Shown here in pieces: positions 40,075 to 51,555 of a stretch of 64,000 bases of DNA. This DNA is from Sphaerodactylus townsendi. Lineage: Eukaryota. The stretch covers positions 63,736,001 to 63,800,000 of the forward strand of contig NC_059432.1 of the NCBI RefSeq assembly GCF_021028975.2. Reading direction: 5' to 3'. Position numbers and translations under genes: made by a program. The notes under the pieces were generated by a model, which saw only the letters and a list, made by a program, of their open reading frames with translations, was not told the DNA's origin and searched no databases. Each line of letters starts with the position of its first letter. Within the stretch, counting starts at the first letter, position 1.

Positions 40075-41024
40075 AAGCACGGATCTCTCTCTCCCAAAGC
40101 AGAGTAAGCAGGCTCACTGGGGAAAATCATTAAGTTTGGTTACTAAGATTATATATGTATGCTAAAGGAATTTTCATCGCTGAAAATCCAGTCACTTTGT
40201 GACTCATGACTACAAGTCTATCATAAAGCACTATTGGCAGCTTAAAAGTCAGAAGTAGAAAATAATTAATTGGAAGGCTACAGCATGTCTACATGAATGG
40301 GATAACTTCATACTGCAATGGTCTCAGTTTACGATCAACTCCAAAGGCAAACAACCAGCCAGCAGAATGGGTAACTGCTGCAAATCCAGTTCAGCCAAGT
40401 GTTTAGAGGGTGCTACATACATTCTGCAGCAGATTAAAATCTTTTTTTTTTTTTTTGGGGGGGGGGGGGGGCTCCAATCTGAGATCCAACACATTAAGCT
40501 TAAAATGTAGTAGATCCAAAGATCAGTTGGTATGATTCTTCATTTTTCATTTACATTAACAGGGGTGTTATCATAGGAAAATGGGGTTTGATGTCATTGA
40601 ACATTCCAACAACAATGGTGGCTGAAAAGAAGAAGAAAAATAAATTAACCCTACATCACCAATACTCAGTGACTCAGGAACCACATATGGCTCTTTGGCA
40701 TGCCATCTGCAGCTCTTCTGAGCACCATTCCTCAATGATGCATCAGTCCCATGTTCCAGGAAAGGGAGAAGGTCATTGCCCTGTAGAAGGCAAGTGATCC
40801 TCACTTTCAAACAGGGACTGGAAGATGGCTAAACTGTGAGCAAACTGGTCACCAGGGCTTGTGAAGATATTACTCCCTTTTCTCCTCTGGGCACACTGGC
40901 AATCTCACTCTGCCTTGACTTGCTCAGTGCTTCATGCTGGGAACAAGAAGCCAGAGAGGAAAGCCCTTCTCTTCACTCCAGATACAGATGTAATCTGTAA
41001 TTTAAATGGCTAGAGTTATATACA

Positions 41025-41225
41025 TCTATTTATTTACTTTATTTCTATCCCGCCTTTCTCCCCAATGAGCTTACATCATTCTCTTCGCCTTCATTTTATC
41101 CCCAATACAACTCTGTAAGGTAGGTTAGGGTGAGAGAGTGTGACTGGCCCAAGGTCACCCAGCAAGCTTCCATGGCAGTGGGGATTTGAAGCTGGATTTC
41201 CCAATAGTTTAACCACTATATCATG
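41025..41225 (-). mobile_element. Squamate tRNA-derived SINE in POLL intron 1
   Basis: Same family as 16720-16950. Confidence 0.7.
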
Positions 41226-42499
41226 GTGGCTTGTTTGCCCTCTCTCTCTCTCTCTAATATATATATTAGAATGGCACAGTCGAATGGCCGAATGGCACAG
41301 TCACAACAGTTTTCACATACACCGTAGTTCTGTGTAGGACAAAGTACAGCAGCCCTAAGTGCAAACTTTCTGAAATGTGTGCTATCTGCCTCTTAACAAC
41401 AGAACTGGCCAGAATTGCATTTTCATAAAGGGAAGAAGGACCTGGTAAACAATGGTGTGCCAGAGGGAACTTTCTGTAAAAGTGATGAAGTGATACTGTG
41501 GCCACTTAAATTAGGTGCAAAAATCTTAGCTCTTCCCCTCCATTTTCATGTTGCATTGTTCATTAGATGTATTATACCATCTTTAACTCATTGTTTTGTG
41601 AAATCCACTGGATCTGTGATTTATGTGATTTCTGGAATTCAGGCTCTTGTATGTATTATACCATTTTTTCCATTGTTCTTTAACTGTGTAAGCCAATATT
41701 ATTGCATTATTCACCGAATGTCTTTTCCGTCTCATCGTTCTTGTAAGGCGCTGGGCTCCTAATACCAGAGCCTCTGACCTGGAAGCCTTCTCCCTACTCC
41801 CAGGTCTTGGTTGTGCGAGGGCAGACTCAGAGAAACTGGTTGGTAGCACCATAGGCCTGGTTTACACACTCAGGACCGGATGGGATAGCAGAATGCACTG
41901 CACCACTTCAAACTGCAGGTGGAGAATCACGTTTTGATTTGTTCCTCTACAAACCTCTTTGCAAACAACAAAATCAAAGCAGCAAGCGGAAGGGGTGTGT
42001 GTGTGTGCGTTAATCTGCCCCTTGCTCGGCATTTTTTAATGCAAAGAAACATTCAAAGCTAGAATTCACCAGTCCGAAACGTATGTGTTTTAAGGGCTAA
42101 CGCTTCTAATTTACGGCGACCCCATAAATGTACGACCTTCAAAACCGTATCGACAAACAGCCTTGCTCAGGTCTTGCAAACGAAGGCTTCCTTTACTGAG
42201 ACAGCCCCAAATAACTGTTATCCTTTCTTCCATCCCGTTCATTCTCCTGCGCGCGTGGCTCAATCCCTGGTTCTTTTCAGCCAGTTTCCCAGCCAATGCC
42301 ACGCCGTGGGCCTGCTTTCGGGGAAAGGACCAACTGACCATTGTGAGCATTGCAGAGAAGCCGGGAGGAGACTCCTGCACCACCACAGTGCCTCTGCCAG
42401 CCGTTGCAACAAGAGAGTAGGGAACCGCTGAAACACCCAAGGAGGGAAACCTGCACGATAAGAGCCCGCAGGAACCCAGTCTCATTGTCTCTCACTTAC

Positions 42500-42560
42500 C
42501 GAGGGAGGGATGGGGGAGAGGAAGAGTTGGCGTCCGGCATTCTCTTCCGGGCGAGGTCAA
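42500..42560 (-). other. POLL: Probable non-coding exon 1 of POLL (3' boundary 42500; TSS and 5' end uncertain)
   Basis: Strong minus-strand donor TCG|GTAAGTGAG at 42499 inside the CpG-rich promoter; matching acceptor TTTTCCCCAG before 40116. Confidence 0.65.
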
Positions 42561-42611
42561 AGGGAGCGGAAGTGGAGGCAGGTTTCCCTGGAGATGCTTC
42601 CCTCTGCGGTA
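42500..42611. promoter_or_regulatory. Bidirectional CpG-rich POLL/DPCD promoter
   Basis: CpG-rich about 42100-42850; oppositely oriented ETS/GABP-type motifs CTTCCGG (42544-42550) and GCGGAAGTG (42566-42574); no TATA box seen. Confidence 0.75.
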
Positions 42612-42674
42612 TGGCTGAGGCCAACTGGTTGGCGCAGTTGCGCTCGGCGCGCAAGACCGCCTTACTCGGGGACG
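42611..42674 (+). CDS. DPCD: DPCD exon 1
   Basis: GGTATGG Kozak context; MAEANWLAQLRSARKTALLGD resembles the DPCD N-terminus; donor G|GTAAT; 64 nt. Confidence 0.93.
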
Positions 42675-43021
42675 GTAATTGGGATCGGGACCTGCAGGAG
42701 TAGACCCTGCAAAGGGGGCGGGGAGGGCTTTCCTGGGACAGCGAAAAGCCGGTCACCAAGAGTGTGCGGGTAACGGGGGAGGCGGCTGCCCTTGCAAATA
42801 GAGGAGGCGTCGATGTGTGAGGAGGGGGCAGTGCAGCCGCCCTGATTTTGCACCCTCAACTTGGAATCCTACCTTGTGCTTACCTGGAACCAAGATCCGT
42901 TGAACACATGGGGCTGATTGTGGTGGGTTTTCCGGGCTGTGTGGCCGTGGTCTGGTGGATCTTGTTCCTAACATGGGACTGACTTCTGCAGAAGCCTATT
43001 GGGCTTCCTTGGAAGACATAA

Positions 43022-43435
<414 letters not shown>

Positions 43436-44107
43436 GGGCAGGAGGTTGAGCAACAGTAGCAATTTAGCATTTTGTCATCATTGTGCATAACACAGGTTTG
43501 CAGGGATTTGATGTTAATGGCAAACACAGATCTCCATCCAAATATACATTTTATTTGACCTGTTATAACCCACCTTTTTTAAAATGAAGGTGGTTTAGAA
43601 GTGCTAAAATATCAATACCTTTACCGTAAAAATTGCAGTAATCATATCACATAATGTAAGAATAATACATTGTTTACGCTCTTCCTTCAAAAGATGTCTT
43701 CTCAGCAGGTGCATGACACTTTCTGCCCAGTCTATGAAGCCTTACAGGAAATATCTCCATTTCTACATCATGCGAGAAAAGTAGTGTGACTTATTGTACT
43801 GTTTTCCTAAAACAGCAATATCTCAAGTTTGGAAGACACAGTAGAATTATCCTTAATATTAGGATGAAATTAATAGTTTGTATCATGGGAATGGTGTATA
43901 TATTCTCCAAGGCAAGGGTCGTCTTCTGCCAGGTGCTTGTGCTTTGTCTGAGTCCTTCATCAGATGATTTTGTCTAGATTTCAAAATTCCTGCTCAAGTA
44001 GAATCTCTAGCCTTAAAGCATCAAAAGAACTCCAGTAGATAGAGTTGGCTTTTGCTGAAAATCCACTTAAAGCCTCCCCCTCCCCCCCTTGCTTTCATCC
44101 TCTGCAG

Positions 44108-44232
44108 TGAGGAAATGGAGAGAGAAAAATACTCTGGGGGCTTATGGCAGTTGGCAGGTCGAGGTGGGAGAGCCAACCCTGCCTGCAATGGGAATCCTGG
44201 ATCGGGAGCTCATAATGGAGAGTAGTGCCAAT
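44108..44232 (+). CDS. DPCD: DPCD exon 3
   Basis: RKWREKNTLGAYGSWQVEVGEP...ELIMESSAN; CAG acceptor, GTATGT donor; 125 nt. Confidence 0.95.
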
Positions 44233-44722
44233 GTATGTATACCATACTTCTATGTATATCACTGTAATATCTCCGTGATATCTCAGAGTGGTTTTATCAT
44301 GGGAAGTTTCTAAGGTGATATTTTTAGAGGTGAAACATAAGTTTCAAGATGGCATTGTGTATGTAGCCCAACTGTGCTAGTAGAGTGGAGTGGGTGGGAT
44401 TTCTTGTCTCGTACAAGTTGACCTCTTGTCAGACTCTATAATTTATGCATCCGGAAGAGGCCCTAGATCTTTGAAATTATGGCAGAGCACCAAGAGTGGA
44501 AACCATCCCACATTCATGCTGTTTGCAACCAATAAATAAGCACACCGTTGTGGCCCATTGGGGCTCAAACTTTAATATTGCTGTTTGGATCTAAGGAAAA
44601 GGACTAACCGTGTAACTATACAAAGGTAGAGATCCCCAGGTGTCCCATCTCAAGGGAAGCTTAGATTACTGTTCATTCCCTTTGAGCAGCAAGAGGCTAA
44701 CCTGCCTGTCCTTTTTCTGTAG

Positions 44723-44875
<153 letters not shown>

Positions 44876-45489
44876 TGAGTTAACTGAGGGTAGGATGGAG
44901 CTGGTACAGACTGCCAGCTCAGATGAGTCCTGAGGACTGGAAGCAACAGTCTGCTTTCTTTATTGTAGAACTCTACCTTCCTGATAGTGTAACTGAAGCC
45001 AATTCAATTCTGCCCCTTCTCCTAATTTTTGATAAAGAACACAGAAACTTGGGAACGATCCATTGTTTTGCCTTTCTGATGCCTTACCTGTTTTTGTGCT
45101 GCCCCAATAATTACCTCGAGGTGGTGCTGTTAACAAAGAGCTCCTAATTTTTGTTTAACCAGCTATCACATACAGTAATTTAAAGTTGTTCTGAGAGCAA
45201 AAAGACAAGGATAAGGATTACTATTAATGAGGACCAGAGAAAGACCAAGGATGTCGCCAGGAGCGATCAGAGTCTTTCTTCACATTGATGGGCTGGAACA
45301 GATTAACTCTTTGGGCTCTCTAGCAGTGTCCTGGTTCTCTGGTTATCTGCAGGTTCCTGATGCCCTGTTTCTTCTTGACGCTGCAGTACTTGTTGATTTG
45401 AATAACTGATGAGTCTCCTAACCTTTCTGCAGAATCACATACTGCCATTTTAGGTTAAAGGAATGGTTCAAAAAGTAGGTTCAGAATGC

Positions 45490-45775
45490 TCAGAAAAGTA
45501 TTTCCTCACATAATGTGTGGAATTTGCTGCCATACAATATGGCCGTAGCCTTAAAATGGGATTAGATAAATTCATGGAGGGTAGGTTTTTCAATATGTTT
45601 GGCATGAAAGCTAAAACCTCCACATTATCTTTGAATATCAGTTGGTGAGAGATTGATGATGGGGGCATCACCTTCATTCCATGTATGCAAGCTTTCCTAA
45701 TGTGTCTTGCTCTCCCTATTGGAAACAGAATGTGGGGCTAGTTGGATCCTTGTTCTGATCTTGCACGTTCTTAAG
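45490..45775 (+). mobile_element. Old CR1 3'-end fragment in DPCD intron 4
   Basis: TTAGATAAATTCATGGAGG...GTTCTGATC...GTTCTTA parallels 10739-10981. Confidence 0.55.
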
Positions 45776-47437
45776 AAAATATTTTAATCCCTATGAAGCC
45801 CCACTAGGCTAAATTAGACCCTGCAGCTTTCTACAATTTTTTCCAGAAAGCTTTTGGGTACAGCTGCTTATCAATTTTGTATTGCTGGATTCTCTTTTTA
45901 GTTTATAAGTCACCTGGCTATGCTGTGGTTATTGTTGTACATTACAATGTTATGATCTATCTTAATTTTTAAAATCTATCTTGGAGGCAAGAAAGTAAAA
46001 GTAACTGAATTTGTTCCAAAAGCGCCTGACCATTGGACTAATGGTATAAATTTTTACAGCAAGGGACAGAAATAGTGTCAAGCTAGTTTTGGTCTTCCTT
46101 ACAATTATTCTACTCGGTACTTTTTTTGAAACCAGGCTTTTGTTTACAACAAATACAGACTTGCAATCCATAGAAGTTCTTGTTAAGTAATAGTTCCTTT
46201 CTTGCACTGAAGAGACCAAAGATGCATTTTTTTCAGTGAAGATGAAGCTTTTCATAACTTTGTGACAGACAACTCAATAGATAATTCTGTTCTTGGCATG
46301 GAGATGTGATATGAGAAAACACTGAACATCTACTTTGCAGCTATTAAAGGCACAGAGGTCCAGCCAGAAAACAGTTGCCCTAAGAGTCCTCCAAAAAGAG
46401 AATGCTGCCACCCACTTTAAGGCATTCATTGTTTTCCCCTCCAGCCACAGCAAAGGGCTACTCAAGTGGGATTTGCTCCAGCCCTTTTACAGTAAAACAA
46501 ATCCATTAAACCAAACTTTTCTAAACAGGCAAAACTTTCTTGGCCGCAGCAGAATCAATTATTGCAGGGCGAGGTAGCAGTTAGTGTTATACTGGAAGCA
46601 GCAGATCTTTTTTTTCCTTTGATCTTTCACAGATTTTAGTTGGAAGCCAGACCAGGTATTTTTACCTTCCTGGGGGCGAGGGGGAAGCAAAGTTGGTGTT
46701 CCCAAGGATGGCTCCCTAGGCTCTTTGAAACATTGGGCTCCTCATAGGATCTGCTTTTTATTGTCTCAATCAGTAAGAAGTTAACACTTCCTTAACATGT
46801 CTTTGTGTTCATCTAATCTTTGCTGTTTAACCTTTGACACCACCATTATTATCCATGTCTGCCACCTTTCCAAATACACGCAGAAGGCTCGGAGCCCTGC
46901 GGTAACATTCCTCCCAAGCCAGCAAAGCAGCCAGGGCTGTTTGGCCTTTGTATGCATTCTCGTTAAGGCCTGGACAATAAAGGGTTCATAGTAGTTCAAG
47001 CAGTCAACCTCTAAGCAAAACTGGCTTAAGAGAAAAGCCTGACCTCAGCAAAGAAGTTCTGTTCAGCACACCAGAAACATCTTGATATGAGAAAAGTTCA
47101 TACAGAAAAATCAGAGGGACCAAATGGAAACAATATTGCAAGATGGAATAAAACAAAAGTTGCTTATGGTTTATAGATGGCAAGGGTGTTTAGGAAACGT
47201 ACACACACCAGTGAAGCAAAGATAAAGGAATAAGCTGACATTCCAGCTCAAAGGGTTCTCTTGCTGCCCAACTTTTCTGTTCAGTTCGCTGTCTTTGCCA
47301 TGTACCCAACATTTGACAATCATATTTGGGAGGTACTCAAACATTAATCTTTGCTTGCCTGAGATGAAATGAATAAAATGTACATTTATCATCCTCTGTA
47401 TGTAAAAATATAATTCAGGTTGTGCAAGGAAATAATG

Positions 47438-47560
47438 AGAGCCAGTGGTGTAGTGGTTAGGAGCAGTGGACTCTAATCTGGAGAACTAGGTTCAATTATT
47501 CATTCCTCCACATGAAGCCTGCTGGGTGACCTTGGGCCAGTCAGTTTTTTTCAGAACTCT
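47438..47560 (+). mobile_element. 5' part of a squamate SINE
   Basis: Head closely similar to the 22163 copy. Confidence 0.7.
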
Positions 47561-47693
47561 GTCAACCCATGCAGAGGCAGACAACGGCAAACGTGCTGCG
47601 AATGTCTCTTGCCTTGAAAAAACTATGGGGTTGCTTTAAGTCAGCTGTGACTTTACAGCACTTTATACACACACACACAGAAGGAAGTAAATA

Positions 47694-47879
47694 CAGCGGA
47701 ACCTTGGTTTTCGTCAGCAATTCGTCCGGGAAGCTGAGGCTCTCATTGGCAAGCAAAGGAGCAGAGGGGTCGCCAGTTTTCATTGCAAAATTAGTGCACG
47801 ACACCGACGAAAACCGAGGCAACTTTTCATTGAAAAAACCTGACGAAAACCAACAGCAACGATAACCAAGGTTCCAGTG
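47694..47879. mobile_element. Tc1/mariner (Tigger-like) MITE
   Basis: TIRs CAGCGGAACCTTGGTTTTCGT / ACGATAACCAAGGTTCCAGTG flanked by TA. Confidence 0.8.
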
Positions 47880-47964
47880 TATTTAAATTGTTGTCATTGC
47901 TGAAGACTGGCAGAATAGTAAAAATTTGCCTTACCCTCACATTCTCTCCTATGTTTGCCTTCAG

Positions 47965-48067
47965 GTATTACAAGAAGTTCTCTATTCCTGACCTAGACAG
48001 ATTCCAGCTGCCTTTGGACTGCACTGCTGTGAGCTTCACACATGCCAGCAATACACTGATTATCACA
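47965..48067 (+). CDS. DPCD: DPCD exon 5
   Basis: YYKKFSIPDLDRFQLPLDCTAVSFTHASNTLIIT; CAG acceptor, GTAAGT donor; 103 nt. Confidence 0.95.
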
Positions 48068-48692
48068 GTAAGTATCAGTAAGGCTGATATTTTAGCATCC
48101 AACCTCCTGACAACTGTTTTTCCAGCCAAACACAAAACTTATTTTAGCCTTCCTTTTTGGCACCAGTTCATTAGTAAAAGTGGGGTAGCAGGCATATAGC
48201 AAGGGAAAAGTATTATTCATGTGTCTGCGTCAGAGGTCAAGGAATAATACCTCAGGAACTAAATATATTTTCTTCTGACCACCAGTAACCACCATTTAAA
48301 ACGTATTCCCTCCTTCAGATGTGCTGTTTAGTACAGAAACCATTTGAATTTATGAAGGTGTTGATGGACATTAAATCTGAGTTGAAGTGTAGTTTGTCAT
48401 GAGGTGCTTCAAAGAATACTAATCTAACCAGGATTAAAAGTAAAGCAAATTTCCAAAGACAAAAACTGATAATGAATATTAGACAGGATAGATCTGAGGT
48501 ATCTACTCAGTTTGTGATGAAATCTCAGGTGGTTTTAAGAAACATGAAGAGAAGTATAGGTATATTTCTGGGCAGCCTTACATCTCCACACATATGCACA
48601 CCGTGTTTAACACCCCTTAGTAAAAATCGTTTGCTGAGTTAATGGCAGTTGCATTTAGGCTGTGATAGATTCAAGTCATTTCTCTTCCACAG

Positions 48693-48797
48693 TATCAGAA
48701 ACCACCAGAGATTCTGGCTGCAGAGAAGGAACTACAAAAGGAGCTTGAAAAGATCCAGGCAGCTAATACTGGAGAGGGAGAGTGCAAGACCCAATAG
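48693..48797 (+). CDS. DPCD: DPCD exon 6 with TAG stop
   Basis: YQKPPEILAAEKELQKELEKIQAANTGEGECKTQ*; total CDS 612 nt = 203 aa. Confidence 0.95.
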   Translation, partial: YQKPPEILAAEKELQKELEKIQAANTGEGECKTQ

Positions 48798-48842
48798 CTG
48801 CAAAACGTCCTACGTGTATATATTTTGCTACTTTTCTTTACA

Positions 48843-48848
48843 AATAAA
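48843..48848 (+). terminator. Probable DPCD polyadenylation signal
   Basis: AATAAA 45 nt after the stop codon, with ATTAAA shortly downstream. Confidence 0.65.
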
Positions 48849-49230
48849 TATATTGACTGGCAATTAAATAATCTGAGGATAAATGGGTGATCTTAGATCC
48901 GTGTACTTGGAAAGAGGAATTCATCAAAAATGGTTAACTCTCCTCAGCCGCTTCCTGGCACCAAGCCAAGGTGTGAAGCCAGCATCTGAAGTGCCAGCCT
49001 CATTATAAGTGTGTTCGGTGGGCTTCTTGGTAGCCAAAAGCCATGTTTAGATCAGCAGTGTTTCCAGGCTCAAGATTATTCCGTCTCCTCTCTCCCTCAA
49101 GAACATTTCGAGTTGTTTCAGAGATAATAGCCAAGTATTTGATATGTGGCAGAGTTCCTTTTGATTTTTCAGGGGGGGGGTTCACTAAATACTCTCAGCT
49201 GATGAATTTTCTCTATCTTGTTTGCCCTGT

Positions 49231-49305
49231 ATTGGCCATGCTGGCAGGGGCTGATGGGAATTGTAATCCATGAACATCTGGAGAGCCATAGGTTGCAGAC
49301 CCCTG
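49231..49305. mobile_element. Half copy of the same hAT MITE family
   Basis: Near-identical to the right part of the 13051-13169 element. Confidence 0.85.
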
Positions 49306-50050
49306 ATCTATAGCATGAGGCCTGCAGCTCAGGGGAACTCAAAGCTGATGGATTTTCCAGCATGCTTCTGTTTCAAAACAGAGAACCATGTGCTAATTAT
49401 AAGCCCCATCAAGCAATGGCCTTGCCCACTTTCCAGGAACGTGTGGTGGGTGCCACATAGGAGAGCCATACTCAAAAGAGCAACTGGTGGCTGCTGAGCC
49501 AGTGAATGAGCATCAATGCTGTAGGAGGAAATACTTTATTAGTGGATAAGCAGTTCAAACAATGTGATCATAGACATCAATACAACCCCACCACCAGCCA
49601 TATATGAATTTTGAACTGGAAGGTTCATCAGAACAGATTTCTTGCGTTCTTTTAACAATCTATTCAGTACAGTGAGCTGACAGCATAATTTTAATGAAGT
49701 ACTCCTTGTATGTACTCAGACATCAATGATTAAATCTGGTACAATTCATCTAGCTATGGCTTCAAGCCTACAGCCCTATGGTTATTTAAGGGGAAGGGAT
49801 GTATGTGAGTAAAGCAGCAGGAAATAGCTATTTCACAGTCTTCGGCGCTTTAATGTCCAGGTTAAGCACTTTCCTGCCAATGTAAATCCAGCATGAGATT
49901 TGACCCCTGTAGGTCTGAACTTAAAGCCAGCAGAAGCCCATACTGGATACACAGAAACCAGCATGCATATCTCCAAACAAGTTTTCATTAGAAATTCCTT
50001 TAAAAACACAAAAGATGTACAAAATAAGAAGCTGGAAAGAGACATTAGCC

Positions 50051-50056
50051 TTTATT
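50051..50056 (-). terminator. Probable FBXW4 polyadenylation signal
   Basis: AATAAA on the minus strand about 150 nt after the stop, followed by a U/GU-rich tract; a second AATAAA lies at 49535-49540. Confidence 0.55.
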
Positions 50057-50205
50057 GAATCCAAAAGGCGGATCAACTCTTCTGTGAGTTCTCCTCAGCA
50101 CTCAGGATGACATTTAGGCTGCTTCTTGTCTCACAAACATTCCCCCTTCTTGGTGCTCTTCACAAAGGGGGTCAGTTCTGCAGTCCACCCCAATCCTTGG
50201 CTATG

Positions 50206-50319
50206 TCAGGTGGTGAAATCAAGGACATGCAGTGCAGATGCCAGGGTGGCATAGAGATGGTTGGTGCTGAAGCGTAGGCAGTACACTGGACTGCTGATTG
50301 GTGATGACAAAGAAAAGCT
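50206..50319 (-). CDS. FBXW4: F-box/WD repeat protein 4 (dactylin), last coding exon
   Basis: SFSLSSPISSPVYCLRFSTNHLYATLASALHVLDFTT*, read by hand; acceptor TTTGCAG. Confidence 0.93.
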   Translation of the reverse strand, partial: SFSLSSPISSPVYCLRFSTNHLYATLASALHVLDFTT

Positions 50320-51121
50320 CTGCAAAGTAATGACAGATTTTTCTAGATAAGAGATTTAAAGTGATATGCATTAACCGCTAGTGAGAAAAAAGCAACCCTC
50401 TGGCTCCCACAGGACTATACCTCGGCTGCATTGCCTCCTTGCTGTCATTACAAGGGGACTGCTACTGTGGCAGGAGGCTAATGCAACTGAACTGAGGCAG
50501 CAAAATTCACTACCAAGTAGAAGCGGGGCCAGCCTGCCCCTGTGGATCTTACTCTATGGAGACAGAGGGAACTGTCTGACTTCTTTCTGAACAAACTAGC
50601 TTCAGGCAGGAACAATAGCTTGAAAAATAACCACTAAGGAAACATATCTGGATGCCTTTGGAATTTGACTAAGAGCCTGAAGACCCCTGTCACTTCCAAG
50701 TGATCCCCAGCAATAATTACTTGCTGCACCTGCTTGCATGGAGTTCAACAGAGAAAGAATTCTCTGTTCTAGGAGCTTAAGAACCAGCTCAGAGGGCTGC
50801 TCTAGCCCTGTAAGACAGGGCCATGCTTGTAGGGGCTGCATTTCTATTCCATTGCTCCTCCAAGGAACTCAAAGTGACATGCCTGTTCCTCTCCCAAGCT
50901 GAAGCACGTTAAACTGACAAATAGTGAGGCTGACCCAAGGCTGCCTAGAGAGGTTATGGCTGAGCAGGTATCTGAGCTGAGGTCTTCCTTATCCATGCAT
51001 TTTGCCACAAGGGCTTCAAGAAGCGATCTGATGAAGTAAGATCCCTCACTGTTCTTGTGAGGCTCCTCCATAAACCTCAATTCCCAACCCACTTCTGGGA
51101 ACATACTTGCCAGAGCCTTAC

Positions 51122-51263
51122 CTGTAAGCACCTGCTTTGCCTTTTATCCCAAAGGCGGACCACGCCATAATAAGAAGAGCCACTTGCAATCATGTGATTC
51201 CCATTGCTCCTTATACAGTACAGGGCACTATCGTGAGGCTCTTCCCATTTTTTGACACAGTCC
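51122..51263 (-). CDS. FBXW4: FBXW4 penultimate exon (WD40)
   Basis: DCVKKWEEPHDSALYCIRSNGNHMIASGSSYYGVVRLWDKRQSRCLQ; TAG acceptor, GTAAGG donor; 142 nt. Confidence 0.94.
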
Positions 51264-51414
51264 CTAGGGGGGAAAAATACAATCCTGTAAGATGGAGGTT
51301 TACAGTACTCCTCACCAAGCCCTTGTTCTCCAGTTCTTCCACAGGTAGTATAGAAAACCGTTTACAATAGTCTTTTCAACCAGCTCAGAAAACCAGGTAA
51401 ATCCACATACTAAC

Positions 51415-51555
51415 CTTGTGCTTGTCCTTAAATCCCAGTACCGAATGTAGGTATCATACCCGCAAGTAAGCAAAGTGAAAGGCGTTTCATAAAAAATATC
51501 CAAGACTCCAGCACCTCGGTGGAAGTCTGTTCCAAGGCATGTGACCAGCTGTCCA
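51415..51555 (-). CDS. FBXW4: FBXW4 third-last exon (WD40); upstream exons were not found in the window
   Basis: GQLVTCLGTDFHRGAGVLDIFYETPFTLLTCGYDTYIRYWDLRTST; CAG acceptor, GTTAGT donor; 141 nt, phase 2-2. Confidence 0.94.
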
